Source: a virus (lineage: Duplodnaviria > Caudoviricetes). Taken from it: a stretch of DNA of 64,000 bases. The stretch's first letter is position 1, and every line of letters begins with the position of its first letter. The notes below the pieces were generated by a model. The model did not search any database and was not told the DNA's origin. It saw only the letters and a program-made list of their open reading frames with translations. A program made the position numbers and the translations under genes. Of this stretch, positions 27,747-39,600 are shown piece after piece. Location of the stretch: the IMG/VR virus record IMGVR_UViG_3300046779_001841, positions 160,001 to 224,000 of that record. One strand, given 5' to 3'.

Positions 27747-30700
27747 GATCACCTTTTAATTCTTTAATTTCTTTTTTAAGATTTAATACTTTTTCTTGTT
27801 CATTTACATTTAATGAGATTGCAGTAAGAATATCGCTATCTTGTTCTGCAATACCATACATCATTTGTTCATAAGTCTTATATTGTTTTTCTGATGCTTT
27901 TTTCTTTCTGGCAACTCTAGTAATAAGATTTACTTTCGTTTTCTTCCTATCAAAAACAACAGGCACTTTAAGATTAAATTTAGCTTCAAATTCAGCAATC
28001 ATAGCAAGAGCAGATTCTAAGACAAGTTTTAAATCTTTTGATGTTTTTACTTTAAGTGAACGACTCTTAAAAGCATTTTTTAGATTTTCTTCATAGGTTT
28101 TTAAGATCATTTGTTTTTCTTCTATGGTAGTATGATCTAAAATCTCTTCTCTAAAGAAATCCAACCAACAATTAAGACTATCCACATCAAAAGGTTCAAC
28201 AGGTGAAGATAGATATTCTTCTAATGTTTCATATCCTGCTTCTGCAACCTTAAACTTAACATATTGATTCAATTTCTTAAATGATTTACTTTTGTCATCC
28301 AGATTTAAAGTGTAATCCTGACCTGTACCTACTAATTTCCACCACTCTTCTCCTGCTTTGATAGTTTTACCATTCTCATCTTTAAATGTTATTTCATATA
28401 AACTTAAAATATCATCTATTTTAAAACCACCTTCTATCTTTTTTTGGATATAATATGCACAACGAGCATAACTCATAAGATACCAACTAGAACCGCTTGT
28501 TAAGAAAAATCTTTGATCTTGTTCAAAGACTTTATCTTGAATTGCTTGTTGAATAGTTATTTTATCCACTGGCAAAATAAAAGCATTAAACATTTCTTCT
28601 TGTTTTTCATATTCTATAAGTTTTTCTTCATATTCTCTTTTTCTAATCTGAAATTGTTTTTCTTCTTTCTCATAAGCATCTAGTTTTTGATAATATTCAT
28701 CTAAGGCTTGTGAAAATAATTCTTCTTTAGAATCTTCATCTGTAAAAATACCATTAGAAATATCATTGAGTTTCTGCATTGCTTGATGATGACCTTTCAT
28801 AGCCCATTTAACAATTAGATCATTCCATATATCTAAATTATGATCTTCCAATTTTAAAATTTCACTATTCTTCTCATAAATATATTCAGTTGTTTTATCA
28901 TCAAGAAATCTACCATTTCCCAATTCAATACTTTCAGGTTTCAATAAATTCTTTTCATGGTATGGAAAAACATTATTATGTCTTTCCATGAAATGAAGCA
29001 CCAAACGATTCTTCATAGCATATGCAAATTCTTCATCTAGCTCTCTTGGCTTGAAATAACAATATTTATCTATTTGGTCTTTCCAGTATTGTGGTGTATT
29101 TCCAAAATTTGCAATCAAATCTGTAGTACAGTCATTATAAAATGAAGTAAGATATTTTAGCTTGAAATCAAAATTTTCTAGTACAGGTGGATTGCCAGGG
29201 TGCATTAACTTTAAAGGTTGTAAAACAGGTTGTGGAATAGCTTGAGATGGAAGTGCATCTTTGAAATAAGATTTCCTAGCTTTTATATAATGATTAGCAT
29301 ATTCTTTCAATGCAAATTCATTTAATTGATAACCAATAGGTGCATTATATCCGAATTTTGGCCACACATAATATCCAATAAAAGCAGATGGTTTACCTAT
29401 TCCTGTTTCTGGATCAATTTGAGTAAAATCACCTGCACCATGAGTATATAAGTCAGTGGCACCTTCTTTTTTCATTGCAATAAGTTGAGTGAATAAAGCA
29501 CGATTACCTAGACTATTTGGCGCACATGAAGAAGTCTTAAATAATTTGTTTTCCACTACCATTGCATCCCAATCATCTATATGTCTACTAAGACCATCCA
29601 ACCAGTCACTCTTACTACCAGAACCAGTAAGTTTATTAAAATAAAGATCTAGCATATTACTGGTAACATTTACACTTTGATCAATATCTCCAACATTGAT
29701 ATGTTCAGATGCGACATTTAAGATACCACTAAAACCAGTTAAATCTAACATCTTTTTTAGTTCTTCTTGTCTTCCAGGTTCAAAATTTAATATTTTCTTA
29801 GCTACTGGATGATTAAAACGATTTGGATCTAATGTTGTGTTTGTTAATGGTCTTTCTCTTTTACTTTTTTGAACAGATTCTATCACTGACAATTCTTTTT
29901 TTGTAGGCATTAATGCTCTTTTGAATTTGGATATAGATGTAGAATCGCTTACATTTACTTGTTCGCTAAATTGCACTGGAACATTACCCACAATAATCTT
30001 ATCTACCACTTCATTATAAAATTTTGGTGTGATTGCGATCTCAATATCATCTCCTTCTGTTGCACCTTCTTCTGCATAAACAGAATTGATAAAACGCTCT
30101 TGTTCAAAATCACCACTTAATTTTCTTCTCATCACAATATTATTGTCCCAACCACCTTCATCTAAATGTATCAAGACTTTAAATTTGTTTAATTTAAAAT
30201 CGGTATAAGATGAATTACAAACCATTGTTGCGACTTGATAATTGTCTATAATAAATTCTTTGATTGTCTTATTTGCCCAAGTCATTGATTTTGGATTTGC
30301 AGTCCTTAAAACAAAATTCTGTAAATTTGTTTCTCTTGTCACTTTACCTTTTTTCAATGGCATACCATTTTGATAAAACTGAATATAGTTTGTTAAACAT
30401 AAGACATGGATCTTACCTTTAATCTTATGTGATAAAGATATAACTGTTTCTTTTGCTAAATCATCATCTTGTGTGTAATAAACCACTCTTTTAGAATCAT
30501 TGATAAATTGAATACCTTGTTCGACTGCAGAAATCACTTTACTATTATCTTGTTCAAATTTTTGATCTGGCTTACCTTTCATTCTCAAGTATTTTGCCAT
30601 CGCTTTATTTGGATTAATATTAAACTGGTTCAAGAGATCGATCTTTTCACTTAGTTCATATTTTGCTTTTTCTTTTTCACTTCTGATCGCATCAGTGTCT

Positions 30701-33351
30701 TCTAATTCTAAATATGCTTCTTGCATATCTGTAATTTGTTTATGAACTGATTTTGCAATTTCTCTATATGCTTTAGTAATATCTTTAGACATTGTTGCGA
30801 AGATATAAACATTATTTGTATATGGATAGATTTGACCATCTCTTATCACTATTTGAGTAATGGTGTCTTTTGTAGTTTCAATATCGTTCATTAAATGAAG
30901 ATTGTCTTTTAACCAAACACTAAAAGCCTTACTAAATTCGGGTTTAATACCAACAAACTTACCACCTATATTTATCGCATACCTGTTTAGAAATTCACTT
31001 TCTTTCTCTACATCCAATTTCTGATTATTAGCTAACAATGAAAGTCGATATACTTGTTTAGGTGAACTTTCTAAATTTTTCTTGAGAGTTAAGAAAATCT
31101 TTCTTGGATGTTCTAAAGTTTCAATTTCTTTTCCAATATGGTCAATCAAGATCGCATAATATTCTTTTTTGAAATCAAATTTGTCTTTTAGCATTTGCTT
31201 AAATTTAGTATAACCAATTTCTGTGGTTGCACTTGCGACTACATCTGCATCTTTTAGATTTGCATACATAGATGCTTTAAAATCGCCTACATTTCTATCG
31301 CTTGTGATGATTAAAATTTTGGCACTGGCTTTCTTCTTTAAACTTAATTTAATTGCACCTAGACCAACTAACATCTTATCATAATTATCAGATACACCAC
31401 ATAGACCTTTTAAATCATTCCCATCTAACCATGATAATGCTAGACTTTGTTCTGGTGTTAAATCTGTATAAAAACCACCTAAAGCTATTGCAGAGTATTT
31501 CTTTAAATTTTCTTCATTTTCGGAATGTTCAAGTTCTTCAAATCTTGTGAAATATTTTTGTAATTCTTCATGTGCTTTTTTAGATAACAAACATGAACCT
31601 AAACAATCTTTAATAGTGGCATAGTCATTTGCTTGGAATAAGTAATTGCCATTTTCATTAGTCTTTAATTTTAATCTTTTTAAAGACGATCTTTCATTTG
31701 TTGCATTGACTGGCAAACCTAAAACAAATTTACCATTATTCCAAGTGATATATGGTTCTGCAAGAACATCGGTATTAATAATAAGACTACCATCACTTTG
31801 TTTTAATGTTTCAAAAGTTGAAATCATTTGACCTGTTTTACTCGCTGAGTAGCTTTTACCTTCACCTAAGAATTTACCCATAACATTAACCAAAGGATCT
31901 AGCTGAAAACCTTTAAATTTACCACTAGACACGATATAAATTTTATCTTGTTCAGGTCTTTCAACAGTAACCACTTTTACCATCATTGTTAATTTATATG
32001 GATTAGTAGATGTGTCATTTGAAATCTCTACTTCTCTTTCACTGGAAATATTATCTTCGATTAGGCTTTCCCAATCATCTTCTTTCTCAACTGTGACTTG
32101 AAGATTTTGAAAGCTAAAAGAGATCGTATCATCAATTAAAATAGGTTCTGCTTTTTTAAGAAATTTAGACATCAAATAAGCATTAGCTTTCATTTCTTGA
32201 TAAATTTGATAAGCATTTTTATCCGCAGTGCTTTGAATTTTGCCAAAATTTTCACTATATAGAACTGCTATGTTCTTATTGTTTTCTTCTTGGATCTTTT
32301 TAACTTCTTCAGTCATCTCTGGACTGTTAGTGAAAGATACCGAATCATAATATGAAAGTTCATTAACAAGATCTTTAACTTGTTGAAAAACAAATTCATC
32401 GTCTACATCCAATTCATTTATTGATGATGGTGTTAAACTTAAAAAAATATCAGTAGAGATAAAAACACCACTTTCTATTTCAAAATGAGAACTCGTTTCA
32501 TCAAAACCAGAAAACTTTTCCATAAGTTTCTTAATTTTAGCTTTCTTGATAATCTCTTGTTTATCACTTTTATTTGGAACAAAAGATGTATGATATGCGA
32601 CTTCTAAAGTATCATCTGTTTCTTTTATCGTTTCTGTGAAAGCACCATTTTTTGACAATTCTAGTTTCATTAATGATTTTTCATATTCTATATACTTTTG
32701 TTTGATCTGCTGGATATTTTCAGATTGAACTTTTAAATTACTCTTTTTAGGTTTGATTGTGAAAATATCATATTTTAAACCTTGTAGTGTTGTTCTTGAT
32801 TCCACTTCAATATTTAAATCTCTAATTTTAGCAACTACTTGTATCCATTTAGATACAAGTTGCATAGTCTTTTTGAAAAAGGATTGCAACATCAATTCTT
32901 TGTTCATTTTGATTGCATCTAAATAAACTTTTTCAAAATAAGTATCTTCATCTTTCATTGCTTGTTCGTGTGATGCTTTCATCTTTTCTTCAACAAAAGA
33001 ATCTGTTCGTCTAGCAAGTAAATTTAATTCTTCCCAGATCGCATTTAATTCACTTTCAAGATCACCTTTTTGTAGTTTGATACGATAATAAATAAAGCAA
33101 GATTTCAAATCTTCATAAAAATCCCATTTAATCACATCGTCTTTTTTAGATTGCATTTTTTCTTTGAAGTAATTCACAACATAGTCATCTAAGCCAATTA
33201 GTTGTTCATAATATGTGAAAACAAATTTGCCTTCTTTAGGTAAACGACCTTTAAGAACATTGCTACCATGATTATAAATTTGAATTAAAAATTGTCCCTT
33301 AAAAGGGTTCATACTTCTATTTGGATTATTTACAAGTTTTACCACTGGCAT
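27736..33351 (-). CDS. Giant SNF2-like (degenerate ATPase) + GNAT protein, paralogue A
   Basis: Likely start MPVVKL at 33351 by homology to B and C. Walker A position reads GVSDNYDKM and Walker B LIDHIG (both decayed). GNAT-like APNSLGNRALF...GAG...GYYVWPKFGYNA is retained. Confidence 0.75.
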   Translation of the reverse strand: MPVVKLVNNPNRSMNPFKGQFLIQIYNHGSNVLKGRLPKEGKFVFTYYEQLIGLDDYVVNYFKEKMQSKKDDVIKWDFYEDLKSCFIYYRIKLQKGDLESELNAIWEELNLLARRTDSFVEEKMKASHEQAMKDEDTYFEKVYLDAIKMNKELMLQSFFKKTMQLVSKWIQVVAKIRDLNIEVESRTTLQGLKYDIFTIKPKKSNLKVQSENIQQIKQKYIEYEKSLMKLELSKNGAFTETIKETDDTLEVAYHTSFVPNKSDKQEIIKKAKIKKLMEKFSGFDETSSHFEIESGVFISTDIFLSLTPSSINELDVDDEFVFQQVKDLVNELSYYDSVSFTNSPEMTEEVKKIQEENNKNIAVLYSENFGKIQSTADKNAYQIYQEMKANAYLMSKFLKKAEPILIDDTISFSFQNLQVTVEKEDDWESLIEDNISSEREVEISNDTSTNPYKLTMMVKVVTVERPEQDKIYIVSSGKFKGFQLDPLVNVMGKFLGEGKSYSASKTGQMISTFETLKQSDGSLIINTDVLAEPYITWNNGKFVLGLPVNATNERSSLKRLKLKTNENGNYLFQANDYATIKDCLGSCLLSKKAHEELQKYFTRFEELEHSENEENLKKYSAIALGGFYTDLTPEQSLALSWLDGNDLKGLCGVSDNYDKMLVGLGAIKLSLKKKASAKILIITSDRNVGDFKASMYANLKDADVVASATTEIGYTKFKQMLKDKFDFKKEYYAILIDHIGKEIETLEHPRKIFLTLKKNLESSPKQVYRLSLLANNQKLDVEKESEFLNRYAINIGGKFVGIKPEFSKAFSVWLKDNLHLMNDIETTKDTITQIVIRDGQIYPYTNNVYIFATMSKDITKAYREIAKSVHKQITDMQEAYLELEDTDAIRSEKEKAKYELSEKIDLLNQFNINPNKAMAKYLRMKGKPDQKFEQDNSKVISAVEQGIQFINDSKRVVYYTQDDDLAKETVISLSHKIKGKIHVLCLTNYIQFYQNGMPLKKGKVTRETNLQNFVLRTANPKSMTWANKTIKEFIIDNYQVATMVCNSSYTDFKLNKFKVLIHLDEGGWDNNIVMRRKLSGDFEQERFINSVYAEEGATEGDDIEIAITPKFYNEVVDKIIVGNVPVQFSEQVNVSDSTSISKFKRALMPTKKELSVIESVQKSKRERPLTNTTLDPNRFNHPVAKKILNFEPGRQEELKKMLDLTGFSGILNVASEHINVGDIDQSVNVTSNMLDLYFNKLTGSGSKSDWLDGLSRHIDDWDAMVVENKLFKTSSCAPNSLGNRALFTQLIAMKKEGATDLYTHGAGDFTQIDPETGIGKPSAFIGYYVWPKFGYNAPIGYQLNEFALKEYANHYIKARKSYFKDALPSQAIPQPVLQPLKLMHPGNPPVLENFDFKLKYLTSFYNDCTTDLIANFGNTPQYWKDQIDKYCYFKPRELDEEFAYAMKNRLVLHFMERHNNVFPYHEKNLLKPESIELGNGRFLDDKTTEYIYEKNSEILKLEDHNLDIWNDLIVKWAMKGHHQAMQKLNDISNGIFTDEDSKEELFSQALDEYYQKLDAYEKEEKQFQIRKREYEEKLIEYEKQEEMFNAFILPVDKITIQQAIQDKVFEQDQRFFLTSGSSWYLMSYARCAYYIQKKIEGGFKIDDILSLYEITFKDENGKTIKAGEEWWKLVGTGQDYTLNLDDKSKSFKKLNQYVKFKVAEAGYETLEEYLSSPVEPFDVDSLNCWLDFFREEILDHTTIEEKQMILKTYEENLKNAFKSRSLKVKTSKDLKLVLESALAMIAEFEAKFNLKVPVVFDRKKTKVNLITRVARKKKASEKQYKTYEQMMYGIAEQDSDILTAISLNVNEQEKVLNLKKEIKELKGDLKP

Positions 33352-33410
33352 TTTTATCAAATCCTTTGTTTTGTTTTTAATAACATACAAAGGATTTGAT
33401 AATTTAAAAA

Positions 33411-33680
33411 CTATTCACCATCTTCTGGCAAGATAGGATTTAAAAGTGCTTTATAATCTACAAGAATATCATCATACATTGGAATACGAAATCCATTATC
33501 TCTAAACTTTAAAGCGAAAGCCTTATGAATAGTTGTGATCTCATCCATTGTTAAACCATCTTCTGTAAGCATATCAATGAAGTTTTGTGTACCTGCAAAC
33601 TTTGCTTGAACAATTAAATCTTCATCTGCAATTTGGGAAACATATAAAACCCATTCTTTAAGTGTTTTTGGTTCTGACAT
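33411..33680 (-). CDS. Small hypothetical protein between giant paralogues B and A
   Basis: 89 aa. Starts 1 nt after the stop of B, so probably co-translated. Confidence 0.55.
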   Translation of the reverse strand: MSEPKTLKEWVLYVSQIADEDLIVQAKFAGTQNFIDMLTEDGLTMDEITTIHKAFALKFRDNGFRIPMYDDILVDYKALLNPILPEDGE

Positions 33681-33681
33681 T

Positions 33682-36600
33682 TTATTTGCCTTTCTTTTTA
33701 GTAAATGGATTTGAAACAGGTTTCAAATCACCTTTTAATACAGAAATTTCTTTTTGAATTTCTTTAACTTTTTCTTCATTTGCAAGTTCTTGATCAATAG
33801 AAGAAAGAAGTTCGCTATCTTGTTCTGCACTCTCAGCCATCATTTGTTCATAGGATTGAAATTCTTCATCTGCAAATTTCTTTTTTGCCACACGAATATT
33901 TGATGCTTCAGGATTTCGTTCTTTCCATGTTCTAATTTTCTTTAACAACTCTATTCTTTTACTTTCTTCCATTTTTAAAAGAACATCTTTCAAGTCTTTA
34001 CTATAAGACTTGAGAATTTGAATTTGGTCAGATTTTGGTAAACGACCAACACTTGGCAAATCGTCTTCAAAAAATCTTCTCCAGCAATTTTCTCTTGTTG
34101 TGTTAAAAGGTTCGACTGGTGATGCTAGATATTGTTCTAGTGTTTCAAATCCTGCTTCTTTAGCTTTTTGGTTCATATATTTTGTTAGTTTCTTATATGA
34201 CTTAGAATTTGAATTTAAATCTAGTTCATAATGTTGTGAAGATCCATATCTCTTCCAATATTCTTCACCTGCTCTAAAAGTTTTACCATTCTCATCTCTT
34301 GATGTTATATCATATAAATCTACAATATCAATATAACCATTGGGTGAGATTTTACCTGATTTTTGAATAATATAGGCCGCCTTAGCATATCTTACATCAT
34401 AAGCAGTTGCACCATCATTTCCCAACCAATTTTTAATCTCTGATGAATAGACACCTGCCTGAATATCAGATCTAATTTCTTTTAGATCTAGCGAAAACGC
34501 ATTTATAAATTTATATGATTCAGCTTCAAATCTTTGCTTTTCAGCATCATAATTTGCAAGACTTTGATTATAAATCACCATTGCTTGATTGTACTCTTCC
34601 ATTTTCACTTCATATTCAGCTAACTTTCTTGAAAAATCAATATTGGCTTCTTCTGTTCTTTGAACAGCAAGATCATATACATCTTGAATCTCTGCTTGAT
34701 CCAAGGGTCTTTTTGTGTCTTGAATCTTATTAAAGAGTGTTATTAATACAGAATTTTGTTGAGTCAATAGAGGTGTTACAAACTGATTAAAAAGATTTAA
34801 TCGGTTTGTAAATTCATTCAACGCACCTTGTCTTTGAGTATTATTATAATGAACCATATAAGCACGATCTCTATGGTCATAAAATCTACCACTTCCTGGT
34901 TCTAGTGTCATTGGATCGATTGTATTAAATGTTGTAAGAGGATATAAATTGTTTCTATATGCTTGATTGATAACAAGTCTTAGATTAATATGTTTTTCTT
35001 TTTCTTCATCTATATTTCTTTTGGCGAAATACATATAATTAAGAAAATCAGAAACATTTGATCCAAGACTACGCTCAATGCGTCTTTTTAATTCATCATA
35101 ATTACTCACACCAAAAATCCCTATTGCTAAAGATTTTTTTTGTTCCAACATTGCATCACCTGTAGATCTTTGTCCAATCAAAGTATTTGGATCTATACCA
35201 GTAGTTATTCTTTCGGGTCTTACAGGTTTTTGTGGTTGAACAGGTACAACCAAATTAAATGTAGTATTACTAACACTCGAAGATCCTAATTTTTCTATTA
35301 CCATCTTTTCAAACTTTTTTGCTCTTTCTTTCATAGAATCCACCTGTATTCCAACTTGAGCATTATAACCGAATTTTGGCCATACATAATATCCTATAAA
35401 CTCATTAGTTTCTGATAGACCTGTTTCTGGATTAAAAGAACCCCAACCACCTGCACCTAAAGTTTTTAAAGTAGATTTACCTTCTTTTTTCATGGATATA
35501 AGTTGAGTGAATAAAGCACGATTGCCTATACTATTTGGCGCACACTTAGATGTTTTAAAGATGTTGTTCTTTACATAATCATTATTAATAGTTCTTTCCA
35601 TAGTAAGAATCCAATCACCATAACTAGAAGCATTCCCATAGTTAAATTGAATATGTTCAGGTGCGACATTTGCAATACCAGAAAGACCCATTAAATCTAC
35701 AGTTTTCTTTGAAGATGCACTTAAATTTTGGAAACTTGGATGATTAAAACGATTTGGATCTAGTTGTGTATATTTGACTGGATCTTCTCTTAATCCTCTT
35801 TCTCTTTCTTCTATCTTTAATTGCATTTCTCTAGTAGGTGCTAATGCTCTAGCAAAATTTTCCAAGTTTGGTTTAGTTGCCTTTTCAGTAACTTTACTAT
35901 GTTCAATACTATCATAATTTGCAGATAAATTAATCGCACCACTTGTAGTGATAATATCACTGAAAAACTTTTGATCTACTTCATGTACAAGTCCTCTTAA
36001 TTTATCTATTGTAATATCTCCTGCCATCTCTTGTGGCATCACTGCATCTACCATTACTTCAATTACTGCATCTTCTTGTCCTTGTCTAAAAGCACGAGCA
36101 GTCCTTTGCTTTAATTCTTCACTATCCCACCCATCTCTATCTAAATGCACAACAGCCTTAAATTGTTGTAAATTAAATCCTCTTGCATAAGATGAGTTCG
36201 CTACCATTGTTGAAACTTGATTATTCTTAGCAATAAATTTCTTTACTGTATTTACTGCCCAAGTCATATCTTCTTCTTGTGGTTCAACTGTTGCGGCCGC
36301 AGTTCTTCCCATTCTCTTTTCAATTTGTTCTGTAGTCAAACCTGCTTGTTCTAATCTTTCTTTGATTTGTTCTTCAGTAAGTTCTTTTACCATGAAATTT
36401 TGAATCTTGGTCTTCTTTGTTACACGACCTTTTGTTAAAGGCTTACCTGCTTGATAGAACACAATCGCATTTGATAAACAAAGAGCATGGACTTTGGTTG
36501 GGATTCTTAAAGACAATTTAATAACTGTTTTCTTTGCAACATCATTATCTTCTGTGAAATACAATGTTCTCTTAGGTGCATTCCCTGTTAAGAATTGAAC

Positions 36601-39600
36601 TGCAAGTTCTTCAGCTTGATCTATCTTTGGATTACTGAAAGTGTATTCTTTAGGTGGATTACCTTTCATCTTATTAAACTTTTCCATTGCTTTATGTGGG
36701 TTCAAACTGAACATATGCAAGAGAGAAATCTTATCTTTCAAATTACCGACTGCAAAATCTTTTTCTCTTTGTACAGATGCTGGGATTTCTTCTATTGGTG
36801 TGTCCGCCAATAATAAAGAATATCTATCTTTAATCTGGTTCATTTGAACAGAGATAATATCTGAAATTTCTTTATAAGCAACTGCCACTTCTTTTGGCAT
36901 ATTCACATTTGTTGTCAATTTTTGTAATGGTTGTAAAGCTACTTGACCTGCTTCTTCATAATCAACATCCATCTTATCTGCAAAATAAGCATTTTGTTTC
37001 ACCCAGTTATTAAATTGATGTCTTACTTCAGGTTTAACACCTACAAACTTGCCACCAATATTTACTGCATACTTATCCATAAATGCTTTTTCTTTAGTAG
37101 GATCGACTGGATTACCTGTTGATAAAGAAACAAATCTAAACAAATCCATAGGTGATTTTTCTAAAGCACTACCTGTTAATAAAATCTTTCTTGGATGTTT
37201 TACATTACTGATAGCTTGTGCTTTCTTTCCTTTAAGTGCTTCATTGACTTCATCAAAGATCATGCAATAATATTGTTTGAAATCAGCACCTTCTTCATAC
37301 ATTCTAACAAATTCGGTATATCCAATTTCTGTTGTTCGATTTGTTAAATTTTCAGCTACTGCTTCTTCTAAGAAGAATTTCAATTCACCCATGAAGTTAC
37401 CAACAAGACGATCTGGACCCACAATTAAAAACTTTGCATTTGGTTTTTCTTTACTTGCAAGTTGCATAGATGCAACACCAACTAAAGTCTTACCAACACC
37501 AGTATCTAATGCCATCACACCTTTAAGACCATTAGATTGTAACCATGCTAATGCTTCAATTTGTTTATTGTTAAACTTTAATGGTTTATTTGGCAATACT
37601 TCTGCTTTGAAACCACCGATTGCTTGTGGTGTAAATTTTGCTAAATTCTCTGGTTGTAAAGCACGATCTTTTTGTAAAAGCATCTTGTAGTATTTTTGTA
37701 ATTCTTCATGTGCTTTCTTAGACATTAAGCATGAACCAAGACAATCCTTGATAGCTTCATAATCATCACCTTCAAAATAGAAAGACCACCTGCGTTTTTC
37801 ACTACCAGGAACTACTTCCATTGATGCTCTTGTGTCGGATAATTTTTTAATCGCTTTTCTTTCTGGAGTATGTTTAATATCATTTGGCAAACCAATTAAG
37901 AAACGATCTCTTGCCCATGTAATATATGGTTCTTCTAAAGCATCATAATTTACTTTTACTTCACCACTATCTGTTTCGATACTTTCATAAATAGATACAA
38001 TCTCACCATTTGAACTTACAGAATAACATTTACCATCACCTGTTAATCTACCTGTTGCATTTGCCAAGTCTTCAACAGAAAATCCTTTAAAGGGTCCTCT
38101 AGTAATAATATCTTTAGTGATACCATTAATAGTAGTAGTCTTTACTTTGACCATGTGTGCAAATTTTAATGGATTTGTTCTTTTAACTGCAGTATCGTCT
38201 GATAATTCAATTTCTCTTTCAACACCAGGAATAGCATCTACCATTTCATCAGATAACTTTTCTACAGTTACAGATGGTATATTTAATTTAACTTCTGTAA
38301 AGATTGGAATAGTGTTGTTTAAAGAATCCAACTTTGGATTGCCATCACTACCCATTTCAATTTCTTGAACTGGTTGTCCATCTACCATTAAAACATTTCC
38401 TGCATTGTCTTTCTTATATACAGGCACTTTTTTAATATGTTTAAAGACGAGTTCGTGTTTCTTTACTCTTTGACCTGCTTCATTTGTAACAGTTCTTGTA
38501 ACAATCTCTGGCAAAGCATCTCTTATACTCTTATTCTTCAAATCGCTTTCTAAACGCTTTTGTTGATAAACTTCATAAGCACTTAAACGATTTTCACCTT
38601 CTATAGTGCCAAGATGTTGACTATAAATGATATTTGCTTTCTTTAAAAACTCTTCTTGTTTTTCTTTGATTTCTTGTTGAAGTGTTTTCCCATTCACGAT
38701 AGAATTTGGTTTTTCTAATTCTTTTAATTTTTTATAAGCATCAGAAATGTTTTTCTTCTTATCGTTTAACCATTCTTGTCTTTCTTGTTTTTTGGCTTGT
38801 GCAAAATTTACCCAAGACATAAGATCTTCATATCGTTCTTCTGTCTTAAGAACAGCAGAAAGGTTATTAAAAATCTCTTTATATGGTTCAAGTTCAATAT
38901 CAAAGCCCTGTGCATTAAACCATTGTTTCAAAATAAATTGATATTTACTCGCACTATCAATCTTTGATTGTTTCAATTTAGTCAATAAAGATTTTAGTGA
39001 AAATTGAACACCTGTTGGAATGCGAGGAGATATTAGATAATAATTCATTTCAATATAATTATAGATTGTTAAATCAAATTTATCGTTTTTCTCAATAATT
39101 GATTGGATGAATAAGCCTACTTGAGAATACCTTCTTTCAGTTTCTTCTTTAAGACTTCTTGTTATGGCTTTTTGATTAAAAGATAGTGCTTTATCAAGTG
39201 CAACAGATTCAGTGTCTGTAGTAAAATCTATACCTGTACCTGCTCTTGTCATGAGAGCAAGTACAGCATCGTTTTCTATAAACTTTTTCTTTCTTTGTTT
39301 TAAAACATCAGATGGAGAGATATTTTGTTCTTTATTGTTGAAATAGAGATCTAACATATCACCATCAACAGATTTATAATCTGTATATGCACCACTTCTT
39401 GATAGTTTGTCTTTAATCAAAGATTGTTCATATTGTGAATACTTTTCTTTGAGTTCTCTTACTCGTTCAAGTTGTAATACTGCATCTGTTTTTGTTTCAT
39501 GTAATGTGAAAACATCAAATTTAGCACCACTTGTTGTAAATTTCTCACTAATTTCATATGGAATATTTTTAGCTTTACAAACTAACTGAATCCATGCAGA